Positions 9,438 through 18,600 of a stretch of 26,169 bases of DNA are shown piece by piece; position 1 is the first letter of the stretch; the number at the start of each line of letters is the position of its first letter. Source of the stretch: a virus. Its lineage: Duplodnaviria; Caudoviricetes. The notes below the pieces were generated by a model, which had not been told where the DNA came from, did no database searches, and saw only the letters and a program-made list of their open reading frames with translations. The position numbers and the translations under genes are program-made. The stretch spans positions 1-26,169 of the IMG/VR virus record IMGVR_UViG_3300007622_000019. The stretch is one strand, 5' to 3'.

Positions 9438-9944
9438 CTAGGATAGAAACAGTGCTTTTTCGGCGTCCCTGCGCTTTTTTAGCCCTAGGAGTATTTTGCC
9501 ACCAGCCATGCAATACAGCAAGAGTGCATCTGCTGCGCCTTCCCAATCACCACGATTGATCTTCATCCGAATAGAAGAGCGCTGAAAAGCCCCCACTCCG
9601 GCGTTGAAGGCAAAGCTGACGCACGCATCAAAAGCCCCTTGACGACCAGATAAAGCGGGAGCAAGTCTAAGAACACCACGTTCAGTAGGGCCGACGTCAT
9701 CTTCGAATAGTTTCTCGATCTCTTCTTTAGTCCAGACACGGTTGTCCTCCTGCTTTAGGGGCATCTCTTTACGAATCATGGGGGTTTCTTTGCCCTCCAC
9801 CCTAACTACGGGCAAGCGAATTTGATCTTGATACAGAACGTGCCCATAACCAATTGTCCAAATATGGGCTGGGCACAGGTACGGTTTAGTCCTGTACCCC
9901 TCCCACTGGTGCATCAACTTAGCGCCAGCTTCGCCCAGTTTCAT
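9438..9944 (-). CDS. Endolysin, GH24 phage lysozyme
   Basis: EGYRTKPYLCPAHIWTIGYGH gives an E15-x8-C24-x5-T30 triad. FDACVSFAFNAG and GLKKRRDAEKALF match GH24 motifs. Confidence 0.93.
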   Translation of the reverse strand: MKLGEAGAKLMHQWEGYRTKPYLCPAHIWTIGYGHVLYQDQIRLPVVRVEGKETPMIRKEMPLKQEDNRVWTKEEIEKLFEDDVGPTERGVLRLAPALSGRQGAFDACVSFAFNAGVGAFQRSSIRMKINRGDWEGAADALLLYCMAGGKILLGLKKRRDAEKALFLS

Positions 9945-10444
9945 TTCTTGCTCCAGCTACGTGAGCCAAACCAGAAACCTATGATGCCCCCAAGCATTGC
10001 CATCTCGTCTGTGGAGAAGATAATGTCAGAAACACGAATCAAATCTTCCATACTTAAGACAAGTCGTGGGTTACTGTAGACGTAATAGGCAATCCAAGCA
10101 TTGATAGCGCACAGTTCCAACACAAAGATGTAAGTGACCATTGGGCGTACCGTGCCAACAAAGTTTACCACCCAAGTGCTTGCCTTTTCCATGATCTTCT
10201 TGTCGTGGTCATAGGCCGCTACAGTCATTTCTGCATCTGTCTGCATGGCAATCTGATCTGTTCTGATCTCTTCCATGCGCTCTTGAGCGGCAAAGCCCTG
10301 CGCCATCATCTGAAGCTGTAGTTCTACCTGCACACGGGCAAGAGCCAACTCATGTTTCTGGTCAGCTTTATTCTGGAAGAAGTCCAGTAGTTTGGGCAAG
10401 CCTGAGATCAGCAAGCCGCCAAGTGTTGAGAATAGAGATAGCAT
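9941..10444 (-). CDS. Putative holin (3TM / GTA-holin-like)
   Basis: Hydrophobic N-terminus, a coiled coil, then a VRP-initiated TM segment and a C-terminal TM ending GFWFGSR. Overlaps the endolysin start (ATGA). Confidence 0.7.
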   Translation of the reverse strand: MLSLFSTLGGLLISGLPKLLDFFQNKADQKHELALARVQVELQLQMMAQGFAAQERMEEIRTDQIAMQTDAEMTVAAYDHDKKIMEKASTWVVNFVGTVRPMVTYIFVLELCAINAWIAYYVYSNPRLVLSMEDLIRVSDIIFSTDEMAMLGGIIGFWFGSRSWSKK

Positions 10445-10593
10445 TACAGTCCAATCATTCCAAGAAGTTTATCTACAATTTTCCCTGCCAACTCATCCGG
10501 CAGGAACCGCAACAGCCCAAGCACCCACCAAGCAATGTACAACCGTACAAAAACTTTGAGGAATTGGTCAAATTGCTTTTGGTACTCATTCAC
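10444..10593 (-). CDS. 49-aa membrane micro-protein
   Basis: Not in the ORF track. GTG start overlaps the upstream TGA and the TAA overlaps the holin ATG. MNEYQKQFDQFLKVFVRLYIAWWVLGLLRFLPDELAGKIVDKLLGMIGL. Confidence 0.75.
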   Translation of the reverse strand: MNEYQKQFDQFLKVFVRLYIAWWVLGLLRFLPDELAGKIVDKLLGMIGL

Positions 10594-11084
10594 CGCCCAC
10601 ACCTGTTGACAGCACAAAACTCAAACAGTTCGTATATACCAAACGCAAACATCATCAAAACAAAAGCACCCGCCGTAAGACCCGCCGCTAGTTCAAGTTC
10701 TTCTTGTGCTTTTTCCTTGCGCTTCTTTTCTTCTGCTTTGGCTTGTCGTGCAAGGTGAGCATCTTCCCTGTCCATCTCAGCCGACCGCGCTTTAATTTTA
10801 TTCCATACGTCTATGTTGCCTGTCTGCATATAGATCAATTGAAGCTCCGCCTCTAGTTTGGCGGTCTGCATCAGCGTGTTTTCTATCTGCATCGCCAATG
10901 CAAAGTTAGACTTATCGCCTGACCGCTTGGCTTCAACCATCGCCTTGGTCGCCTGACTCTTTGCGTCAAACATACGACCGACCATCACGCCTAGGCCACC
11001 TAGGTCGTTAGCTACCTTTGCCGCCTTACGGACTAATCCTATGGCGCTTTGTAGTCCTTCAAGAGCCGATACTGGATCAATCAT
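10590..11084 (-). CDS. Coiled-coil protein with C-terminal TM helix, lysis cassette
   Basis: 164 aa starting MIDPVSAL, with a charged coiled coil, TM LAAGLTAGAFVLMMFAFGIY and a tail CAVNRC. ATGA overlap. Confidence 0.7.
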   Translation of the reverse strand: MIDPVSALEGLQSAIGLVRKAAKVANDLGGLGVMVGRMFDAKSQATKAMVEAKRSGDKSNFALAMQIENTLMQTAKLEAELQLIYMQTGNIDVWNKIKARSAEMDREDAHLARQAKAEEKKRKEKAQEELELAAGLTAGAFVLMMFAFGIYELFEFCAVNRCGR

Positions 11085-11533
11085 TTCAATTCAAAGCTTA
11101 AATTTGCATGACGAGGGTATTGCACAATACGCTCACCCTCTGGGCATTTGTATTTGATGGTCGCAAGCAACGTGGCTTTGCCTAGTGTAATTTTTTCTTT
11201 TCCCACCGCTGTAAGCTGATAGGTAAACGTGTCAATCTCTGGCCCCGCTGGGCCGCTGAACTTACTTGCGGTGGTGGTCACTTCATGTACCATACCTGCC
11301 GCATCACGGATGTTGGGTGTAAAACTCTCAACAGAACAGTCGTCCCGTTTCTTTATTCTTGCAACTGTGACGTTGATGGGCTGTCCAGCATCTGCCACAA
11401 TTTTAAAATTCTCTGGCGACCACTCAATAATGGCTCTGTCAAACCAACCAAACTTATCGGCAAGCGTGTAACTACCGCCTAATGCGGCAACACTAGCGGC
11501 AACGGCTCCGATGGCTTTAGTTAGATCAATCAT
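11081..11533 (-). CDS. N-terminally anchored protein with beta-rich two-Cys domain
   Basis: ATG at 11533 overlaps the upstream stop (ATGA), giving 150 aa. Weakly hydrophobic anchor AIGAVAASVAALGG; Cys in DDCSV and YKCPEG. Confidence 0.7.
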   Translation of the reverse strand: MIDLTKAIGAVAASVAALGGSYTLADKFGWFDRAIIEWSPENFKIVADAGQPINVTVARIKKRDDCSVESFTPNIRDAAGMVHEVTTTASKFSGPAGPEIDTFTYQLTAVGKEKITLGKATLLATIKYKCPEGERIVQYPRHANLSFELK

Positions 11534-11685
11534 TTCCGTACAACCTTTTCCCACTGTAGGCAAACAACTTTGCGGTTATAAACATCACCCGTCCACGCCC
11601 ACCGCACACAGCGGTATTCAGTCTTCCTGTCCTGACTGGATGCTCCCGGTAGAAACACCAAAAATAGCATCAGTAGCCATTGCAT
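11530..11685 (-). CDS. 51-aa putative secreted peptide with a Cys pair
   Basis: Not in the ORF track. MQWLLMLFLVFLPGASSQDRKTEYRCVRWAWTGDVYNRKVVCLQWEKVVRK; the stop overlaps the next ATG. Confidence 0.7.
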   Translation of the reverse strand: MQWLLMLFLVFLPGASSQDRKTEYRCVRWAWTGDVYNRKVVCLQWEKVVRK

Positions 11686-11688
11686 CCA

Positions 11689-11781
11689 TCACGACCATAT
11701 CCAAATAATGGTAAACGTGCCCCACACAACAAAAGCGGTAATGAAAGCTGCAACAAGAAATGCTTCAGCCCAGTCCCACAT
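11689..11781 (-). CDS. 30-aa single-TM micro-protein
   Basis: Not in the ORF track. RBS-like GAGGT upstream. MWDWAEAFLVAAFITAFVVWGTFTIIWIWS; fills the gap between neighbouring genes. Confidence 0.6.
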   Translation of the reverse strand: MWDWAEAFLVAAFITAFVVWGTFTIIWIWS

Positions 11782-11789
11782 ATTTACCT

Positions 11790-13154
11790 CTACAGCGAAA
11801 CCGCGGCAGTAGTTATAGATGAATTTGAAATTGTTAACGTATACCCAGGAGATGTAGTAAATCTGTTTACTTCATTTGTCCCCGTGTTGTTAGCAAGAGT
11901 GAATCCAAATTGGGATAATATATTAGATGTGCCGGTGCTGTATGACGTAACAAACGAGCCAGCAGTTTTGTTTCCGCCACCAGTGCCTGTGCCATCTCTC
12001 TTAAGTTGGTACACAATACCACCAAAATTCGTGCCATCTCCCGGTATGGTTGCACCGTAGAAGAAGGTAGTATTTGAGCTAGAACCAAGTGAAAATCCCT
12101 GAGCTCGTATTGATGCAGGTGTAACACCTGTTATTTGATTTGCCCACTGTCCAGCTAAAGACGAGTTCCATTTGGATACCGCAATTACGCTTGCCGAATC
12201 GTATACCCATCCGTATAAATCACCTGTTGAAGTACTGGCAAAAATAGACGGAGAGTTGTTAAACGCTCTAGCGTCTGTAACATACGTTCCTGAGTTGTCA
12301 ACTTTTAACATCCCGCCACCGCCAGATGGATAACTGTAGCCAACATAAATATTATTGGACGAATCCCCTGCAATCCCAGTGCTACTTACATTGCCAAGTG
12401 AATTTAAATATGTTTTCTGCCACTGCAAAGTACCGGACGAGTTAAATTGGCTAAAGGCTACACCTGTATAGCCACCGCTAGATATATTTCCAGCGCCTAC
12501 AACATTCCCGTTTGACTGGATCGCTAAGCTGTACCATCCATACTGACCGGCATAGTTGGTTGCCCAGTTAATAGCGCCGCTAGAAGGATTGAGCGACACC
12601 ATATAGCTAAAGTCATTACCGGCGGCTGGGTTTGCCAAAGCACCCGCGTAAAGCGCAGTCTCAGCCGCATTAATAGCTATTGATACCACTGACATATTAT
12701 TGGTAGTGCTATGGTTGTACGACTGTTGCCACAACACAGTACCCGTTGGATCAAATTTAACAACAAACCCAGTATAGGGAAATGGGTTTGTATCTAACGC
12801 TTGAGTAAAACAAACATAGATGTTTCCGGAAACCCCCACCTGTAACGCCTGATTAAACATAAACGTTCTGTATGCAAATTTTGGACCGTTAGTCCAATAT
12901 ATTTGTTTTTGCCACGTAAGAACACCAGCGCTACTAAATTTTAGCAAGTACGCAAACTGGTCAGAACCATCAACGCCATCGTCTTGCCGCGCAGCAACGT
13001 AGATGTCTCCTGTGTCATTTGCCCCAACACTGGCAACATAAAGTTTTTTGCCTGTTAAAAATAGCGATATTGCTATGCTATTGGCAACTGATGCGCCCGC
13101 AGTAAACCCAAACCCCTTGGCAGATGCGGCTCCACGAGTTCCAAGTAAAGGCAT
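11790..13154 (-). CDS. Beta-propeller receptor-binding / fibre-tip protein
   Basis: 454 aa with repeated blades (LLKFSSAGVLTWQK, VVKFDPTGTVLWQQ, QFNSSGTLQWQK, DSSNNIYV). Short N-terminal MPLLGTRGAASAKGFGF peptide; follows the fibre gene. Confidence 0.7.
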   Translation of the reverse strand: MPLLGTRGAASAKGFGFTAGASVANSIAISLFLTGKKLYVASVGANDTGDIYVAARQDDGVDGSDQFAYLLKFSSAGVLTWQKQIYWTNGPKFAYRTFMFNQALQVGVSGNIYVCFTQALDTNPFPYTGFVVKFDPTGTVLWQQSYNHSTTNNMSVVSIAINAAETALYAGALANPAAGNDFSYMVSLNPSSGAINWATNYAGQYGWYSLAIQSNGNVVGAGNISSGGYTGVAFSQFNSSGTLQWQKTYLNSLGNVSSTGIAGDSSNNIYVGYSYPSGGGGMLKVDNSGTYVTDARAFNNSPSIFASTSTGDLYGWVYDSASVIAVSKWNSSLAGQWANQITGVTPASIRAQGFSLGSSSNTTFFYGATIPGDGTNFGGIVYQLKRDGTGTGGGNKTAGSFVTSYSTGTSNILSQFGFTLANNTGTNEVNRFTTSPGYTLTISNSSITTAAVSL

Positions 13155-13163
13155 GTCTACCCC

Positions 13164-14759
13164 TTAGGCAAATTTAGTTTGTGAAGCAAGTACTGTAAAT
13201 GCGGCGCTACCGGTCTTTATGATGGTGTAGCTGTACACATCAATCGAAGATGCGTTGCCCGCCGTTGGCGCTGTGCCGCCCTGCCACTTTGGTGTAACCG
13301 TTGATCCGTCAACTTGAACTATGCTGTTGTAGTAAGCAGTGGCACCCTGAGTTACCAAGAAAGCCGCAGTCATTGACTGGCCGGTAACCATTATGGTGTT
13401 TAGGGTTGTGCCGCTAGAAGCTCTGAAATTCACTGTCCAGTTGGCCGAAGCATTGGTCGTGTAATACAGTACAGATTGAGTTGTAATGTCGTACGCAATC
13501 GTTCCGGTAGCCGCCGTAGCTGATACTGTTGCCACCTCCGCGGTGTTGCTCAGAAAAATAGCCGTGGCAGATGAAGTGCCTGAAAAAGTTTGCGTGCCGG
13601 TAAAAGTGTTGGCAACGTTGACAACAGGAATATTGGCCCCTGCCAAAGTAGTTGCGCCCGTACCACCAGAAGCAATGGCTAAAGTAGCAGACAAGCCAGC
13701 AGCAGTTGTTGCAGTTGATGCATTGCCTGTCAGTGCTGCTGTAATCGTACCGGCAGAGAAATTGCCTGAAGCATCACGCGCAACAATAGCGGATGCTGTG
13801 TTTAAGTTGGTTGCAGTTGTGTTTGCATTGGTAACACTTAAAGTGCCGCCCAAAGTTAAACTTCCTGTTGTAGTTACTGTGCCCGTCAGGGTCAATCCGC
13901 TGACTGTGCCTGTACCGCCAACGCTGGTAACCGTGCCGCCGGTGCCTGTAGCATTGATTGTTTGGTTGGGCCAAGTGCCTGTAATAGTGACGCCAGTTCC
14001 TTGAACAAGCGCTGGGGTAGCAGTAGCTGTACCGCCGTTGGCGATTGGCAAGATTCCGGTAACGCCGGTTGCTAACGGCAAGCCAGATGTGTTTGTTAGC
14101 GTACCGCCTGAAGGTGTACCAAGTGCGCCGCCGGGAACGACGTAATCAGTGCCCGCAGTAGCAGCAGAAATTGCAGTGCCATTGCCTTTTAAAACGCCAG
14201 TAATGCTAGTGGACAGGGTCAACGCAGGGGTTGCGCCGCCACTTGATGTGCCAGCAAGACCGTTAGCGGATGCAACGGAGACCGCTGTAACTGTACCCAC
14301 AATGGCTGAAGAAGCTACTTTAACAAAGTCAGCAACTGTACCAGCGCTGTTATAAACAATAAGCGCCGTTTCGCCCGCGGCTACAGTTACACCAGTTGTT
14401 GCAGAGCCTTTGACTACAATGCCAAAACCGCCTGTGGTGCTGTTAATGACAATGTAGTTTCGGCTAGAGGTAGGGACGACAACGTTACGTGCGGCTGTTC
14501 GCGCACCGGAGCATAGAATGACTGCGTATTGCGCCGAGCCCGTAGTGCCCGCGCCAACTTGCGCAAGGTTGTTCCCAAGGTATGTACCCTGAGTTAAGGA
14601 CAAGGTAACGTTAGCATCATTTGTGATTGTCTGAGTACCAGCAACTGCGGCATCCAGATAATCAGTAATTGCGTAGTTAACGTCGTTACCCCAATCACCG
14701 CTTTCGGAGCCTGTAACAGGCTGGCCTAAAGCCAATAGTGTTGTGTAATTGATAGTCAT
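13164..14759 (-). CDS. Tail fibre protein 2
   Basis: 531 aa, Thr/Gly/Ala-rich, with fibre shaft motifs GTVTAV/GTVTSV and LPIANGGT/LAIASGGTG. C-terminal beta domain ending DVYSYTIIK. Confidence 0.8.
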   Translation of the reverse strand: MTINYTTLLALGQPVTGSESGDWGNDVNYAITDYLDAAVAGTQTITNDANVTLSLTQGTYLGNNLAQVGAGTTGSAQYAVILCSGARTAARNVVVPTSSRNYIVINSTTGGFGIVVKGSATTGVTVAAGETALIVYNSAGTVADFVKVASSAIVGTVTAVSVASANGLAGTSSGGATPALTLSTSITGVLKGNGTAISAATAGTDYVVPGGALGTPSGGTLTNTSGLPLATGVTGILPIANGGTATATPALVQGTGVTITGTWPNQTINATGTGGTVTSVGGTGTVSGLTLTGTVTTTGSLTLGGTLSVTNANTTATNLNTASAIVARDASGNFSAGTITAALTGNASTATTAAGLSATLAIASGGTGATTLAGANIPVVNVANTFTGTQTFSGTSSATAIFLSNTAEVATVSATAATGTIAYDITTQSVLYYTTNASANWTVNFRASSGTTLNTIMVTGQSMTAAFLVTQGATAYYNSIVQVDGSTVTPKWQGGTAPTAGNASSIDVYSYTIIKTGSAAFTVLASQTKFA

Positions 14760-14804
14760 TTATTGCTCCAAAATTAACGACGCCGCCCCGTAAGCTGTTG
14801 CGTT

Positions 14805-15041
14805 CTACTTTGCTACTACGTCGGCAACTGCCTCTTCAGGCTTGGCTTCTAACGCTGTCTTTAACATTGTGAAGAAGGCATCTCTGCCCACTTGCAACTG
14901 ATCCACATTGAACCGCGCCGCGCCAAGTTTACGATCTAAATCTGCCGTATGGTTGAGCAGGGCTTGTTGCTCCTGCGTCATGTCTTCATACTTGTATTCT
15001 ACGCCGTCAATTGTCACAGGGGTTTTTTCAGTTTTTCCCAT
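14805..15041 (-). CDS. Small coiled-coil protein downstream of fibre (possible fibre assembly factor)
   Basis: 78 aa with RBS AAAGGA; VTIDGVEY followed by a heptad helix. Confidence 0.7.
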   Translation of the reverse strand: MGKTEKTPVTIDGVEYKYEDMTQEQQALLNHTADLDRKLGAARFNVDQLQVGRDAFFTMLKTALEAKPEEAVADVVAK

Positions 15042-15058
15042 GATGTTTCCTTTAAAGT

Positions 15059-15080
15059 GCCACCAAAATCGGGTGGTGGC
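15059..15080 (-). terminator. Intergenic hairpin, weak terminator or processing stem
   Basis: GCCACCA-8 nt-TGGTGGC perfect 7-bp stem, followed on the minus strand by ACTTT and the next RBS. The U tract is short. Confidence 0.4.
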
Positions 15081-15086
15081 TTCCCG

Positions 15087-15416
15087 TTATGGTGTTGGTG
15101 TCACCCAAGGCAAAGGTGTGTTTGCGGGGCTGACAGGCGGTGTAATCATGCTGTCGATTTGTCCCTGCACACAGGCTTGTGCGCTTGCGATTTGTGATTC
15201 TGGAATCCAGCCAATAACGATGGCTTCAGTTAGGTCTGCATAGGGGATAAATGCACCCACCTGGTCAGCAGAGTTGAACTGCGTGTTGCCACCAATAGGG
15301 GCAGTGTAAGTGCCATCTACGCCAGTGACTGTCCACAGAGCGTTGACCACATAGTTGGGGTCAGGCTGTTGCAGGGTGTACATTGCTGTGATGCGGGTTG
15401 TAAATGTCGTTGCCAT
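15087..15416 (-). CDS. Putative tail fibre assembly/chaperone-like protein
   Basis: Start reassigned to ATG 15416 (RBS AAGGAG), giving 109 aa. FIPYADLTEAIVIGWI and terminal PLPW are motifs I associate with fibre-adjacent phage proteins. Confidence 0.65.
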   Translation of the reverse strand: MATTFTTRITAMYTLQQPDPNYVVNALWTVTGVDGTYTAPIGGNTQFNSADQVGAFIPYADLTEAIVIGWIPESQIASAQACVQGQIDSMITPPVSPANTPLPWVTPTP

Positions 15417-15426
15417 GTTAGGCTCC

Positions 15427-15666
15427 TTATTGGAAAGAGTTGGTTTGAGGATTCCATTTTTTGCCAACTACGGCAAATTGAGCCTGCCAAGCATCAATTT
15501 CAGGCTGTGCTTGTGCGATAGCATCTTTAACATAATCTTCATCAGACTTTCCAGCAATCAATGGAATTCTTTCATCAGAAACAAATCCATGACCATTTAA
15601 CGAAATGGCAATACCAACAAGTTTATTGGCATCCTCATTTTGAAATTTAACAATTGTGTATTCCAT
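15427..15666 (-). CDS. Small acidic protein, possible fibre chaperone
   Basis: 79 aa with RBS AGGGGA, directly after the long fibre; AT-rich. Confidence 0.65.
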   Translation of the reverse strand: MEYTIVKFQNEDANKLVGIAISLNGHGFVSDERIPLIAGKSDEDYVKDAIAQAQPEIDAWQAQFAVVGKKWNPQTNSFQ

Positions 15667-15682
15667 TTATTTCCCCTGTTAA

Positions 15683-18600
15683 TTAAAGATAAGCCGCGTA
15701 AACAGCAAAAGCCAAAGATCTAGTAATACCCGCGTTGTTTTCAACAGTTACTTGATGGCTATTAGCGGTTTTATAGCAATTAAAGCTTGATGCCCCAGCA
15801 GTTGCACCCATGTTTCCCTGACTAGCTACCAATATTGTTGTACCAGTATAAGTTGCAAAATACATACCGCCATTACCAGTACCTTGGTCGTAAAACTGAA
15901 TCATCATTGCGCCAGCAGTGTTAAATGGTAAATTTACCGTAGTGCTAGTAGTCATGGTTAATGAATTCAAATTGGCAATACCAAATGCCGTTCCAGAAGT
16001 ACCTGTGTTTGAAGAAATAAGAACTTTTGAAAAATTATCAACAACAACCCGTGGATTTGCAGATCCATCAGCCAACACGATGTAGTTGCTTGATGCCCGA
16101 ATGTCTAGACCATTGTTGTTTCCTGTGTAACGTCCAAGGATTACATTGTTAGTCCCTGTAGTAACTGCGCTACCACTGTTCTGTCCAAGAAACGTATTGC
16201 CATTAGCCGCACCTTCTAAGTAGTAACCAGACCCTTCACCAATACAGGAGTTTGAGTCACCTGTTAATGCAGTAAGACCAGTGCTACCTGAACGGCTACC
16301 AACAAAAAGATTGTATGAACCTGTTGATAATCTTTTCCCAGCCTCATAACCTAAAGCATTGTTGTTAATGCCTGTGGTAGTGTTGTAAAGGGAATTAAAA
16401 CCAACAGCCGTATTGTTAGATGCCGAGGTGTTAGATGCTAAAGCTTGTAAACCAATTGCTGTATTGTTTGAACCAGTTGCGGCACTGCCTTGAGCGTATG
16501 CTGAAGCGCCAACAGCTGTGTTACTAGTTCCTGTTGTAGCGCTAGCGCCAGCGTTGTATCCAATGTAAACGTTGTAAGTACTTACGGCAGTTGATGGGTT
16601 ACTGTTATAGCCAGCGTAAGCTCCCAAAAATACGTTGGCGTTACCTAAAGAATTAAGGTAACCAGAAAGATAGCCCACACCAACATTGTTGCTAGCAACG
16701 GTATTCCCTACAAGAGAATACATGCCAACGGCAGAATTATTGCTTCCTGATGTGTTACCACTTAAAGAAGCAATACCTACTGCGCTATTACGCTCACCTG
16801 AAGTGAAATTAGCCAGTGCCGCACCGCCAACGCCTGTGTTGTATTCGCCTGTTGCATTACCAGCGTAACCTTTTACCGCTTGATAGCCAACACCTGTGTT
16901 GTAGCTACCTGTTGGATATAAACCAGAATACCCGCCAATAAAAGTATTTTGCACCCCGCTTGAAACACTTGAACCTGCTGAATTACCAACAAACGTAGAA
17001 CCAAACGTTTCTGCTGCGTTGTAGTTATATCCCGCTTGATAACCAATTGATACTAAATATCTTCCTGATTGGTTGAGAAATGCTGATTGATAACCTAGAG
17101 CAACGTTAGCAAAACCTGAGTTAGTAGTTTTTAAAGCATCACTGCCTAGAGCAACGTTGTAACTTCCTGTTGTTACCGCATTCATTGAATTACGACCAAC
17201 AGAAGTATTTAAGATGGCATTTGACACTGTAACTGCGCCAAACATTGAGCCTTCACCAACAGCAGTGTTGGATGTACCTAGTTGATAAAAACCTGAAGTT
17301 GAACCAACATACGTGTTTTTATCACCAGTAACATTTGCATACCCTGAACGCTCACCAAGAAAAGTATTAAACGCATTAGTGGCAGAGACAAAATTAGTGG
17401 TGTATCCCGCTTGATAACCAAGGGCTGTAATAAACAAACCAGCTTGATTTGAAAATGCGGCTTGATGACCTACGGCAGTGTTGTAGGATGCTGTACTATT
17501 ATTTTGTAATGCACGAAATCCAACGGCTACGTTATTTGTTCCGGTGCTGTTGTAGTACATGGCTTCTGAGCCAAGCGCAGTGTTGTAATATCCACCGTTG
17601 TTTGTGTACATTGCAAAAGCACCAACAGAGGTGTTCTGTCCCGCACCTGTTTGGTTAAGATAATTTGCGTGATAGCCTATAGCAGTGTTGTAGGATGATG
17701 AGGTGTTGAGATACAAAGCCTGTTGTCCAATAGCGGTATTAAATGCGCCACTTCCACCAGAGCCATAAGCATAATAACCAACAGCGGTATTACTGTTTCC
17801 AGTAATAGAAGAATTACCAGCAAGACTACCTACATAAGTGCCATAACTTCCAGTTGCACCACTTCCAGCCGCACGACCAATAGCAACATTATCTGCGCCA
17901 GTAGCGTTAGCGGCAAAAGCACTAGCACCTACCACAGTGTTGGTAGACACAGCACCTGCACCACGACCTACAGTTAAACCATAAATGGTTGCGTCTAGTG
18001 TGCTACTGAATGTTCCAGTGACTGCAAGACCAGTTGAAGAAAACAATGTGCGTAATGTAGGAGCGCCGCCTGCATAAGTTACATATCCAACCCCATCGTT
18101 TATTCCTGATAGTGCAGTAGGTACGCGACCAAAGAATGAGTCATATGCAGTAGACCCATCAAAAAATATCCCGCCGTAATTTGCCGCAGTTGCCCCAGCA
18201 TTGATTCGTATAGCGTAATTAGAAGCTAAGGTTGTAGACGATGACCCTGCTCCAGATAATAGAAGCGGAGTGGTAGCCGCACTTAGGGTGGTGATACCCG
18301 TAGCACTCAGCGTTCCAGTGACTGCAAGACCAAAAGCAGTAAATGTTGCGGAATTAAGTCCTCCTACATAAAAGTTAAGTATGTTTGTGGCACTTAACCC
18401 CATAAAGTTGTTACCACTAGCATTATCAAAATGGTAATACTGACCGCTACTTGAATTAGTTTTAAACGCATTAGTAGTAGTTGCTTGAAAAACTGGAGAT
18501 ACAAGAGTAGTCCCATCAAAAGTAAGCGCAGACCCAGTAAACAATGCACTAGAACTAGATGCGTAAACCACACCGCCTGATGTGAATGATGTTAAGCCTG

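Noticed and set aside
10473-10589. Alternative Cys-rich 38-aa ORF (MSTKSNL...GCCGSCR) overlapping the 49-aa gene
   Set aside because: The GTG frame couples exactly to both neighbours and encodes a coherent TM peptide; this frame ends short of the holin start.
14765-14804. Possible terminator between the 78-aa gene and fibre 2
   Set aside because: The GC-rich arm lacks a well-matched complementary arm; at best a decayed hairpin.
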